Assembly (NCBI RefSeq): GCF_009914755.1
Contig: NC_060941.1
Reading direction: 5' to 3' (one strand)
Length of the DNA: 64,000 nucleotides
Source of the DNA: the human T2T-CHM13v2.0 reference genome, Homo sapiens
Shown here: positions 13,700 through 28,500 of the stretch, piece by piece
How positions within the stretch are numbered: position 1 is the stretch's first letter
How the letters are laid out: the number at the start of each line of letters is the position of its first letter
Translations under genes and position numbers: made by a program
The notes under the pieces: generated by a model
The model's database searches: none
What the model was told of the DNA's origin: nothing
Seen by the model: the letters and a program-made list of their open reading frames with translations, nothing else

Positions 13700-15150
13700 T
13701 GGTACTGAAAACTGTGGCACTGGAATAGAACTGAGAGCCCAGAAATAAACCCATACATCCGTGGTCAACTGACTTTCAACAAGGATGCCGAGACCATACG
13801 ACGGAGAAAGAACAGTCTTTCCAACAACATCTGCTGGGACAAGTGCAGAGCCACCTGCAGAAGGATGACGTGGACCCTGACATCACACCATTGCAAAATT
13901 TAACTCAAACGGATCAAAACCTAATGCAAGAGCTAAAACTATGAAATTCGTATAAGGAATGTCAGGGTAAATTTTCATGACTTCAGATTTGGCAGTGATT
14001 TCTTAGAGGACACCAAAAAATAGGTGTCATCTACATTTTGGTGTCATCTAAGATTTGGCAATGATTTCTTAGATGACACCATACACACCAAAAGAAAAAA
14101 GAGACAAATTGGATTTTTTATCATAATTTTTTTGAGACGGGGTAATGCCGTGCTGTTTAGGTTCATCTCAAACTCCTGGGCTCAAGTTGTCCTCCCACCT
14201 CGGCCCCCCAGATAGCTGAGATGACAGGCATACACCACTGTGCCTGGCTGACTTTATCGTAATTTGTAAATCTGTCATAATTTACAACTTTGTCCATCAA
14301 AGGACACTATCGAGAAGGTGAAAAGACAGCCCATAGAATGGGAGAAGATATTTGCAAACCATATATCTCATAAGGGTCTAGTATCTACACTATATAAATA
14401 ATTCTCACAACTCAACAACAAAATGACAATTCCATTTAAACATGGGCAAAGGATTTGAAAAGACATTTCCCCAAAGAAGATACGCAAATGCCCAAAAATC
14501 ACATGAAAAAAGACTCAATATTGTTAACCATCAGGAAAATACAAATCAAAACCACCATGAGATACCACTTCACATCCACTAGGATGGCTACACTAAAAAA
14601 TATGAAAAATAACAAGTGTTCGTGAGGATGTGGAGAAACTGGAACACTTGTGCCTTGTTGGTGGGAATGGAGATGGTGCAGCCACTATGGAAGACAGTTT
14701 AGTTCCTCAACAAGTTAACACACAATTATCATCTGACCCAACAATTTCGCTCCCAGGTATAGACCCAAAAGAATTGAAAGCAAGTGTTCAAATTAAAACC
14801 TGTACACCAATGCTCATAGCAGCACCATTCACAATAGCCAAAGGGGGAAACAACTCAAATGTCCATCAACTGGGAAAAGGACAAACAAAATATGGTGTAT
14901 CCACACAAAAGGATATTATTTGGCTATAAAAAGGAATGAAGTATCGATTCATGCTACAACACAGACAAACCTTGAAAATCTGTTAAAAGAAGCCAGTCAC
15001 AAAAAACCACATATATGATCCCATTTATGTAAAATGTTCAGAATAGACAAATTTATAGAGACAGAAAGTAGATTAGTGGTTGCCTAGGGCTTGTTGGGGT
15101 CAGGGAAGGGGGACAGCAAAAGGGAATAGGGTTTCTGTATGTGGTGATGA
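13700..15150 (+). mobile_element. L1M (MB/MC-like) ORF2 3' part and 3' UTR, with a minus-strand Alu monomer at ~14125-14250
   Basis: GAGCCCAGAAATAAACCC, GGGAGAAGATATTTGCAAACC, CAAATCAAAACCACCATGAGATACCAC; ORF 14630-14929 is L1 ORF2-like. Confidence 0.9.
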
Positions 15151-16043
15151 TTGGTGATGGTGATTAGAAGGTCATCCATGACATCCCCCATTACTCTGGT
15201 GAATGAAGACCATCTATCCCAAATTAATATGTTATTAATTTATTCTCCTCATAGAGAATTTATAGAGTCTCATTGACCAACCAGCCAGACATGATGCTAA
15301 TCTGGGTTCCAAAAACAAGAAACACCACGACAGATCAAGGAAATTGTTAGTGATGGAATCCAAATGTCAGGCATGTAAGTTTCACTATAACATTTGTTCC
15401 ACTTTGCTGCATGTTTTTAATTATTCATAATAAATTATTATAAAAGTAAAATTACAAGTAGGTATTTTGGGCATTCAACCTGTAGAAACCAGGTTCACAA
15501 CATTAGGAGGACACAGACAATGACCTTGCAAGGTCCCACTTGCAAAAAAACACATCCATGCCTGTTCCTGCTCCCCACAGGTGTCCACAGGCGACACACC
15601 AGGTGACATGGCTGCCTCAGGGAAGCAGAAGATGCAGGACTTCCCTATCGTGGCACAGGACTGAGGGCTGTGGAGTCAGTCTCTACGTAAACACATTCAG
15701 CTCTCTGAGTTCAAACCAAGTCAGAAAATGGGCAGAGCCACTGCTTTTATTAGCTCCAAATGAATCTGGCAAGGGATGCTGGGACTGACAAAGCAGGCAC
15801 TCAACCCTGTCACGCACTCCAGGTAGCCCTGCCAGCAGGCTGATGAATTCTCTTCTTCTGACAGGTGACAAAGGGCAGTGGTTACAGGTCTGGGCTCAGG
15901 GTCGCGTATCTGAGGTTTGCATTCTGGCTGCGAATTATGAGCTTGGTGACCTTGGGCAACTTCCTTCATTTCTCTAAGGCTTGGGTGCATCATCTATAAA
16001 TGAGTAGCTGCCTCCTGGGGCTATTGGGAAGAATAAATTCAAC

Positions 16044-16242
16044 CGGTGGTTCTGAATCGGAGTGATTTTGTCCCCCAAGAGACATTTGGAAATATCTGGA
16101 GACATAGTTGCGGGTGCTATTGACTACTATCCATCCAGTGGGTAGAGGCCAGGAATGCTGCTAAACATCCCTGAGGCACAAAACAGCCCCCATGACAGAG
16201 TTATCCAGCCTAAACGCCAAAGCACTGGAGTTGAGAAAACCT
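16044..16242 (+). mobile_element. MER20 DNA transposon (MIR fragment just upstream, ~15860-16040)
   Basis: GTGATTTTGTCCCCC..GACATTTGG..GGGTAGAGGCCAGG.ATGCTGCTAAACATCC..GTTGAGAAAACCTG. Confidence 0.85.
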
Positions 16243-16309
16243 GATAGAGGTGGTGTAGGTAACACAACCAGCACAAAGCCTGTCACAGTGTGCATTCTCA
16301 GGGTAGGGC

Positions 16310-17245
16310 CATCATGGCCATCCTCATCATCACCATCATCATCATCATCATAATATTCACCATCATCACCATCAGTCATCATCATTACCATCACCATCAC
16401 TGTCATCTCTGTCATCACCACCATCATCACTATCATCACCCCCATCATCACCATCATCATCGTCACCACTGTCATCATCGTCATCACTATCACCATCATT
16501 GTCACCATCATATTCACCTCCAGTCATCATCACCATCAGACATTGTCATCATCACCATCATCATTTTTACCATCATGATCACCAACACCACTATAATCAC
16601 CCTCATCATCATCACCATCATCACTATCATCACCATCACTGTTACATCATCATCATATTCACCTCCATCAGTCACCATCACCACCATCACTGTCATCTCG
16701 GTTACCACCACCATCACTATAATCATCACCATCACCATCACCGTCATCATTATTACCATCATCATCACCAACACCACTATCATAACCATCACCACCATCA
16801 GACATCATCACCATCATCACCCACATCATCATCACCATCACCACCATCAGACATCATCACCACTATCATGACCATCACCCACATCATCATCACCATCACT
16901 GTCATCTGTGTCACCACCACCATCATCACTATCATCATCACCATCATCATGATCACCATCATCATCACCAACACCACTATCATCGCCCTCATCATCACCA
17001 TCATTGTCAATCAGCATCACCATCATCACTATCATCACAATCACTGTTACATCATCACCATGTTCACCTCCATCAGTCATCATCACCACCATCACTGTCA
17101 TCTCAGTTACCACCATCACTATAATCATCACCATCATTGTCAATCACCATCACCATCATCACTATCATCACAATCACTGTTACATCATCATATTCACCTC
17201 CATCAGACATTGTCACCATCAGTCATCACTATTCTCATCATCATC
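16310..17245. repeat. (CAT/CAC)n degenerate trinucleotide low-complexity tract
   Basis: ~0.9 kb of CATCAC-type triplets; yields His/Ile/Thr pseudo-ORFs. Confidence 0.95.
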
Positions 17246-17412
17246 CTCTTCTGTATTGGGGGAAATGCCCAGAGGGGCTCATATCTGGGCAGGAGACCTG
17301 ATGAATAGAAAGTGTATATACTGGGAAGAGGAATCAGCATGAGGGGAAAGGCCACCTGGCCTTGCTGAGAGAGGCAGGAGGCCCGTTGGTGAGGCCAAAT
17401 CAAAAACCATCC

Positions 17413-17705
17413 TGGCCTGTAATCCCAGCATTTTGGGAGGCCAAGGCGGGAGGATCAATTGAGCCCAGGAGTTTGAATCCAGCCTGGGCAACATGGTGAA
17501 ACCTTGTCTCTGAAAACACACACACACACAGAAAAAATTAGCTGGGCTCAGTGACACACACCTGTAATCCCAGCTACTTGGGAGGCTGAGGTAGGAGGGT
17601 CACCTGAGCCTGGGGAGGTTAAGCCTGCAGTGAGCCATGATCGTGCCACTGCACTCCAGGCTGGGCTACAGAGTGAGACCCTGTCTCAAAGGCAAACAAA
17701 CAAAC
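17413..17705 (+). mobile_element. Alu (AluJ-like) with (CA)n in the linker
   Basis: Dimeric Alu consensus. Confidence 0.9.
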
Positions 17706-18016
17706 AGAACACCCTAAATCCCATCTGCAAAGGTGGCAGTAGCTGGCAAGTCTACAGCCACTGCTGTGAGGACTCCATCTGCCTGGTCACTTTCCCACCT
17801 CTCTAACTTCTCATTGCCATTAGCAGGAACTTCCTCAAACAAAACCACCGGGGGGTTCATCCTCAGAGAAGCTGGAAGGGGGAATCCCTGGGGTTTCTAC
17901 GCCTGTATAGCCAGGCTTGGAGAAACAGAAACAGCCACCCAGGACTGGCTAGAGAACTGAGTCCTGGGGCAAGTGAGAGGAGGCTAGGAGCAGTGCCCTG
18001 AGGCTGAGAAGTGGGT

Positions 18017-18255
18017 GCCTGCTGGGGCACGCGTGCTCCCCATCTGCACGCACACCCTGCTGGGGCACGCGTGCTCCCCATCTGCGTGCATACCCTACTG
18101 GGGCACGCGTGCTCCCCATCTGCGTGCACACCCTGCTGGGGCACGCGTGCTCCCCATCTGCATGCACACCCTGCTGAGGCAAGCGTGCTCCCCAACTGCC
18201 CCATCTGCCCGCACACCCTGCTGGGGCATGCCTGCTCCCCACCTGCACACACACC
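18017..18255. repeat. 38-bp minisatellite, ~6 copies, palindromic core GCACGCGTGC
   Basis: CCTGCTGGGGCACGCGTGCTCCCCATCTGC repeated. Confidence 0.9.
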
Positions 18256-18670
18256 CCGACTTTGCACTGTAAGGACAAATGGGATGCCAGTGGGCTCTGA
18301 GTCTCGAAGACCGGGACATAAGGGAAACACAAAATGTCACATGGGGGAGGTGAAAGGTTTGTCTGTCAATGATCAATTAGGAGAACCACCATTGAGGGCT
18401 TACCATTTGCAAGGTTTAGTTCCAAGTGCTTATGGAATCATCTCCTTTATCTTTCAAAGTAACCCTATGAGGCAGGTTTTAACAACCCCATTGTACAGGT
18501 GAGCAAACTGAGGCTCAGAGAGGTAAATGACAGCTGGTAAGCGACAAAGGCCCAGGATTTGAACTCCAAGCATAAGCTCTTAACCACAAGCATAGTCCAA
18601 CTTCTCAACACTTCATAGTACTCTTTGCTAGACAGAACTATGTGTGTTTGGGGCCTTTTCCCGTCCCAGT

Positions 18671-19023
18671 TGTGTTAGTCCGTTTTCACGCTGCTGATAA
18701 GGCATACCCAAGACTGGGCAATTTACAAAAGAAAGAGGTTTAATGGACTTACAGTTCCACGTGGCTGGGGAAGCCTCACAATCATGGTGGAAGGCAAGGA
18801 GGAGCAAGTCACGTCTTACATAAACGGCAGCAGGCAAAGAGAGAGCTTGTGCAGGAAAACTCCCCCTTACAGAACCATCAGCTCTCGTGAGACTTATTCA
18901 CTCTCATGAGAACAGCACGGGAAAGACCCGCCCCCATGATTCAATGACCTCCACCGGGTCTCTCCCACAACAGGTGGGAATGCAAGATGAGATTTGGGTG
19001 GGGACACAGCCAAACCATATCAT
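18671..19023 (-). mobile_element. THE1 (MaLR) solo LTR
   Basis: TGTGTTAGTCCGTTTTCACGCTGCTGATAA..GATTTGGGTGGGGACACAGCCAAACCATATCA is reverse THE1 consensus. Confidence 0.9.
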
Positions 19024-19109
19024 CAGTCATCCCATGTACGCACATAATCTTTTTTCCTTCTCCTTTCAGATAAGTCAGAGACAATAAATAAGATTATAAA
19101 TAGAAAAAC

Positions 19110-20905
<1,796 letters not shown>

Positions 20906-21906
20906 GAAAAAAAAAAAAAAGTAAAGTGCTACCAAATGCAATGAAAAAAATTTTAATTTTCTTCTTCATAGAGAAAACAAAAATAGCACACTAATGGTCA
21001 TCAATGGGGAAGAATCTTGCCACGCCACTAATATTACATTTGAGTGTTATACCCTCCCGAATGCTTTTGTGTGGACTAATCACAGGCGCCCATCATCCCT
21101 GTTTGCTAAAGGAGGAAGGTACGTACTGTCCATGCCTGTGTTCCATCCCCACCACGTGGCCCTCCCTTGGGAGTGCAGAACACTGAAAGGTCAACAAATA
21201 CTGGGCCCCAGTTCTTTCTTCACCACATGCATCACAGTTGGAATCTGTGTTTATTTCTTTGTTTACGTGTTAATCTCTGGAAGGTGCACGGGGAGAAGGG
21301 TCACCTCCATTGTGCTGGCTCTGAAGAGCCACTGCATATTGCACAGTGCACGAGATGAATCCAAAATGAATCAGACAGCGGCTCCAATAAATGCTGAGGC
21401 CATGCAAAGAACACTGGGAGTGAAGAGAAGGCGCAGTGAAGATCTTGCTCTGTGGCAGTCCTGGAGGGCTTCAAAGAGAAGAATGTGGTGCAGGGCTCAG
21501 AGGGAAAAGGAGGGACTTGGCAGGCAGAAGGCGGCATTCCAGGGAGAGAATGGTCCTCCCAGAAGTGCCACAAAGGAAGAGGAAACTCACTCAGAGAACT
21601 AGGGTAATTGGGCAGGAGGGAAACTCGCCTGGGCAGGTTAGTGACTGCCCTGAGGTCACAGCTCGCTGGCACCAACTTGGGCAGAGCTGGGAACTCCGAA
21701 GCTGTAGAAACAGCCAAGTGCACCTTGAGCTTTCACTGAAGTCAGGCTGAGAAGAGAGGAAAGTGAACACACCCTCCCCATTTCACCCACATCTCCCAAC
21801 ATCCAGGGGCCAGGAGCGTGCCCAGAAATCACCAGCTCAAACTCAAAACGGCTCTAAGGTTAAATGCACGTTCTATCCCACCACATATTGATTATTTCAA
21901 AAATTA

Positions 21907-22056
<150 letters not shown>

Positions 22057-22575
22057 TTAAAAATTAACTAATTAATTCAATTTAATTAAAATAATGCTTC
22101 TCCTCCACCTTAAGACATAACCTTCCAAAAATGTCTTCCAGTAAAATCGAGTCCAGGATTATGCAACTCTAGTTTTATGTAGTAATAGCAGCAGCAGCTG
22201 ACATTTCTGTAACACCTTATCTATATCATCACTCACAATCTCCACTGCAATCCCATCGAGGGCCATCAGCACCCTGATATTACTGCTGTGCCCAGCACAC
22301 CACAGGGACAGCACACACCCACACAGAGGAGCACAGAGGCCAATTAGATTCCTCCAAGTTAAATAGTGTGTCCACAGTCTCACTACTGCAGATGCGATCT
22401 CCCTTTCAGAGGCGTAGGTTTGCAATTGGACTCTACAGCTAACCAGCGGTTTAATTTGGGGCTTGTTACATTTCCCTACACTCCATTTCTTCCTCTGTAC
22501 AACAGAGGTAATAAGTAATGCATTCCTCAACAGGTTTTTTCCAGAGTGAATTGTGGTAACAGAGTAAAAGTTCCA

Positions 22576-22995
22576 GGCTGGGCGCGGTGGCTCACGCCTG
22601 TAATCCTAGCACTTTGGGAGGCTGAGGCAGACGGATCACAACATTGAGACCAGCCTGGCCAACATAGTTAAACCTCATCTCTACTAAAAATACAAAAATT
22701 ATCTGGACGTGGTGGCACGCACTTGTAATCCAAGCACTTTGGGAGGCCGAGGTGGGCAGATCATGAGGTCAAGAGATCAAGACCAGCCTGGCCAACATGG
22801 GTGAAACACCATCTCCACTAAAAATACAAAAATTAGCTGGGCATGGTGGTGCATGCCTGTAATCCCAGCTACTCAGGAGGCTGAGGCAGGGGAATCGCTT
22901 GAACCGAGGAGGCGGAGGTTGCAGTGAGCCGAGATCGCACCAGTGCACTCTAGCTGGTGACAGAGCAAGACCCCATCTCAAAAAAAGAAAAAAAA
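22576..22995 (+). mobile_element. Alu with three monomers (left-left-right)
   Basis: Two successive left-arm segments, each ending in the CTAAAAATACAAAA linker, then a right arm and A tail. Confidence 0.85.
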
Positions 22996-23820
22996 GTTCC
23001 AAACACAGTATCTGGTACCTAGCAGGCCCTCACAAAACAAAACAAAACAAACCCGTTTTTTAAACCAAGCTGGTCCCTGAATGCTGGTGAACTTCTCTGC
23101 ACTAAAAGGATGAAATGGGAGTTAAAAAAACTGTGACCCTCTGACCGCAGGCCCTGATGATGGATGAAATCTTGGCCTGGGCTGTCAGCCAAGGCCATCT
23201 GGGCCAAACCATAGGGCAGGAAACAGCAGGCTTCCTCCTCCTGTCTGAACTCTGGCCCAGAGAGGAGCTTCCTTCAGCTGGCCGCACCCACTTCCCCGAC
23301 AACATTCCAGAACATTCCATGATAGGCCAGGAGACTCCAGGAAGAGGTCACTGAGTAGCTCTTAGCATCTCCTCCCAGCCCAGCCAGGAGAAGATGCTCC
23401 CCCCTTCTAGGACTCCATGTACAACTTCTGACCTGTACCCCTGCCCATCACCCACGGCCTCCCCACAGAGGGCCAAGGCTCAGCTTGTCCACCTCCGACC
23501 TACCTCTCTCCAACGTCTCTAGGCTGCCCCCCAAGCCAGTAAGAGATGTCCTGGGTGGCTGGGTTGCTTGTCCTTGGCTATGGCCCTAGTTTGGCTTCTT
23601 AAACCCTCTTTACCTGGGCCCTTAACTGGTCATCTGCCTCCAGTCCTGGTATCCACTACACATAAACGAGACTCTTCAAGGACTGTCAAGAAACACTCCC
23701 CTCCTCAAGCACCCTCAATAGCTCCCACTGCCTCCTGAAAAGTTCAGAGGCCACACCCTGAGACTGACGGTCCTCCACAATATAGTCCCACACCTACCCT
23801 CTGTTCCCTACAGGACTCAC

Positions 23821-23871
23821 CTGCTGCAACCAAAATAGATTACACCAAGAATCGTACCCACATGTCTGGAC
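23821..23871 (-). other. Candidate 51-nt internal non-coding exon
   Basis: Acceptor tgtacttacAG|G before 23871 and consensus donor CAG|GTGAGT after 23821; weak pyrimidine tract; lies in L2-like sequence. Confidence 0.25.
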
Positions 23872-25892
23872 CTGTAAGTACAGACCCACCTCCCATCTCC
23901 ACCTAGCTGAGTCTCACTCCTCCTGCACCCCGCCTGTCTCTTCCATGAGCCTCTCTTTTTCTTGTCTCTGAATTCCTCCAGCATGCAATTTCCAAAGCAC
24001 AGGCCTCCACACGCCACCAGCCATCCCCACGTGGCTCCCGTACGATTCTTTACTTAATATTTCCCTTTAAATCAACCCACTCTTTTACTTGAACAAATTT
24101 ATTTTCAAAGGAAACTGTATATCTCCACCATAAATAGAAAAACCATGCCATATGCCACAAATAGAAGGCAGATGAAAAAAAACAAGTTATGCTCTAATAC
24201 ACATGAAAATAAATCATCAGGAAAACATTTTTAAATGCTTGTCCATGTGCCTGACGAGGTAAACCTATATACAGGTTGTAAATGGAACAGCACCTCGAGG
24301 GACAAGGGTCCCGAAACGGGCCCCTGCATGTGCGTACAGGCCGTGCTTACATCCTGACAACTTCAACTGCTCCTGACCAAGTCAACTGGCCACGCGGCCT
24401 TCCAAAATCTTCAAAAATCCCCTCCTGCTCTAAGACGCGTGGCCTTGGCACTTTATGTTCTGCTTTCTTTGTGGCCCCTGGGTTTTTCGGCCCCATCTCA
24501 CAGTTATCTGGGGACTTGTCACCAAATGTGAGTATCCCAGGGTAGGGAGCACAGAGCCTGCTGCAGCCCCTGAGCCAGTCTTGCACGCAGCATAACACGC
24601 AATACAAACAGCTCTCCAACAGCACGCTCTGGTCTGCTCCGATGCGTGGCCCCCATTCTCTGCCTGACCCCAGGCCCATCTGCTGCTAGCGCACAACCCC
24701 TCTGCCCCACTCCCCCAAATCCATCTCTGTCCACTGGGGTGTTTCAAAGGACCACACAGAAAGAGCAACGGAGGCACCAGCGGGGCACGAGGCTGTTCTC
24801 CAGCCCCGGCTGCCTCTTCTTTAGAAGCAGCAGGACCTGCGGCACGAGGCTGTTCTCCAGCCCCGGCTGCCTCTTCTTTAGAAGCAGCAGGACCTGGGGC
24901 AGCCTGGAAAAGCAAGTTTCCAGTCAACGATTAACCAGACGCTCTCCCAGCAAAGACACAAACCTTTTCCCCGGAAGTTAGCAAAGTTCTGTGAAAACCC
25001 CTGCATGAACTGGGCCCCTGACTCCAGGAAAACAGAGGCATCTTCCAATGTCCTTGGAGCCATGAGACCCCGAAACACCTACCGGGAACAGAGGGGCTTC
25101 ACCCAGACAGGCCCCACCAGGGAGGAGGAGGCCGCTCTCCCTCCCACCACCGTTGTCGGGGGTGACCCGAGGTGTTCCAGATGAGGAGCTGAATCACTGG
25201 GACTTAAGTCAATAAGTGGCAGCCACCAGGCAGGCCCAGCTGGAGCCAAACCAAGGCCTGGATTCTCCTCGTGGATGTCTGGTAAGGCCCCACCACGTAC
25301 CCCAGTCACGTAGTCTCTAAAACTGAACAGATTTGGGACGCTTCCTCTTAGAGGGCAGCCCTCTTTGGGACTGTTAGTCTGGCCACTTTTACACATTTCA
25401 AGCATTTTTTGGGTTAGAAAGGGCACATTTTCTGTATCCAAAACAGCCCTTACAGGCAGCAGTGGTGGTGCATGGGGCCTGCGTCAGCATCTCATCGCTT
25501 CCTGAAGCCCCAGCTGCCTGGAGTGGGGCCCCTTTTGGGTGTGGCTCTTCAGGAGCAAGGCAAATTGACGCACAGAGAACTTGACGGATGTGTAAATGGA
25601 ACAGCTTCCCGGAGGTACCTCGAGGAGGGCAAGGGTAATGAAATGAATGAAATGAACCCCTGCACAGCGAGGGAGCACTTACACCCTGACACCCTCCTGC
25701 AGGGAGAAGGAAGATGACAAGGATCTCTCTGTTGACCTTTTCATAGTGCAAACAAGCTACTGATAGAAAAAAGAAAATGTTTTCATGCTTAAAAAAAAAA
25801 TAAACACCATCAGCAACCTTTCCCCATGGGGAGCAGCAGCAGGTGCTACCACAAGAGAGACAGACAGATGGATATAATTGCCAAGAGGCTCT

Positions 25893-26565
25893 CAAACTGG
25901 GTTCCAAGGAGCCGGGGTGTGGAGCCCCTCTTCAGGACTGTGCAGGTGAAGCAGGGGGCTGGGAACAAGGCCGGTTATTATAACCCAACAAACTGGGTTC
26001 CAAGGAGCCAGGGGTGTGGAGCCCCTCTTCAGGACTGTACAGGCGAAGCAGGGGGCTGGGAACAAGGCCGGTTATTATAACCCAACAAACTGGGTTCCAA
26101 GGAGCCAGGGGTGTGGAGCCCCTCTTCAGGACTGTACAGGCGAAGCAGGGGGCTGGGAACAAGGCCGGTTATTATAACCCAACAAACTGGGTTCCAAGGA
26201 GCCAGGGGTGTGGAGCCCCTCTTCAGGACCGTGCAAGCAGAAGCAGGGGGCTGGGAACAAGGCCGGTTATTATAACCCAACAAACTGGGTTCCAAGGAGC
26301 CAGGGGTGTGGAGCCCCTCTTCAGGACTGTACAGGCGAAGCAGGGGGCTGGGAACAAGGCCGGTTATTATAACCCAACAAACTGGGTTCCAAGGAGCCAG
26401 GGGTGTGGAGCCCCTCTTCAGGACTGTACAGGCGAAGCAGGGGGCTGGGAACAAGGCCGGTTATTATAACCCAACAAACTGGGTTCCAAGGAGCCAGGGG
26501 TGTGGAGCCCCTCTTCAGGACCGTGCAAGCAGAAGCAGGGGGCTGGGAACAAGGGGGTTATTACA
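25893..26565. repeat. 97/98-bp VNTR, ~7 copies
   Basis: CAAACTGGGTTCCAAGGAGCCAGGGGTGTGGAGCCCCTCTTCAGG..GGTTATTATAACC repeated. Confidence 0.97.
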
Positions 26566-26705
26566 GCCCAACCCAGAGCAACTCAGCTTTTTCCTCGTCA
26601 TCTGTCAGGCTTCCAGGTAAGACTTCATTTGAAGAAAAGGTCCTGCAGTAAAGATGTTGAGAAGTGCTGATATGCGCTGCTGGTTATATGAAAGGGTGGA
26701 AGGAG

Positions 26706-27503
<798 letters not shown>

Positions 27504-27959
27504 TCAAGTGGAGCCTCGAGCCAAGTGAAGCTTCTGGAAAAGAGACTTGAACCCAGCAGGGACAGGGGCTCGATGCAGACGTCAGAGCCAGAGGTGTGGA
27601 TCCAGAGACCAGAGGCCAAAGAGATGTGATAAACTATGTCAGTGACTGGAGCCGACCCTGGTCAGTCCCTGGGGCAGGCATGGCAGCAAGAGGCTGGTTT
27701 CCACATGTGCCCAGAGTTTGCTTCATGGAAAGGCCAGCTCTGCGCAAAGGTCCAGGGGGGACCAGTCACGAAGGTGTGAAGAGGCCTGAGTGTTTGTCTT
27801 CCATTCAGCTGAGAAAGGCAGAACACCGCCACACTGCTGCACAGACGGCACCTTCTACACCTTTACACTCCTCACACTGAGCTCCAGGGTCCGGACAGCT
27901 GTGCACCTGCCACCTTTAGCAAAGCGAAGGCCAGGGGCCCCTGCTGGCCTTCTGCAATG

Positions 27960-28480
27960 GGCATATATTTTGTCTACCCAGCATTCCTTTCCTTTCTGAG
28001 AATAACTCTTCAGGTCAAAGTAGTCACGCCCAGTCTTCCTGGGCAAGAGAAACAGCCCCTCCTTCCCCTTCTTCCTGGGTGAATGTGATGAGGATGACCA
28101 ATTAGAATAGCCCCACCCCCTAGGCAGGGTGATTGGCTCAGGGCTGGGCATGTGACCCAGACCCAGCCATACTGAGTCCTCCTGGGGTCTTGCCAGAGTT
28201 CCTGTGCAATAAACCCACTGTCTGGGACGGTAAGCACGGCACTAGCTCACGATGGCCAGTAGCCACCTGGCTCCCCCTTGAAACGGCCTGTCTGCCGGTG
28301 CAGCTAAACAGAGCTGAGAGATGAAGGTGAGTCACCTCATACCCATGGTCAATGGCTGGATCCAGCCGTGCCTGAACGACTGTTTTGATCCCCAGGTGCC
28401 AGGCCCACAGAGCTGCCTTTTTGCTTATGCTAGTTTGAATTGCGTCCTTGTCATTTGCCATCCAGAGCCCTGAGTAAGTC
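27960..28480 (+). mobile_element. Degenerate ancient ERVL-type LTR (LTR16/LTR33-like)
   Basis: TGATTGGCTCAGGG.TGGGCATGTGACCCA and 3' CTAGTTTGAATTG..TGTCATTTGC motifs. Confidence 0.45.
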
Positions 28481-28500
28481 ACCTGCACTGTGTGGGAAGG

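Noticed and set aside
16290-17308. His-rich protein ORFs
   Set aside because: Simple (CAT/CAC)n translation.
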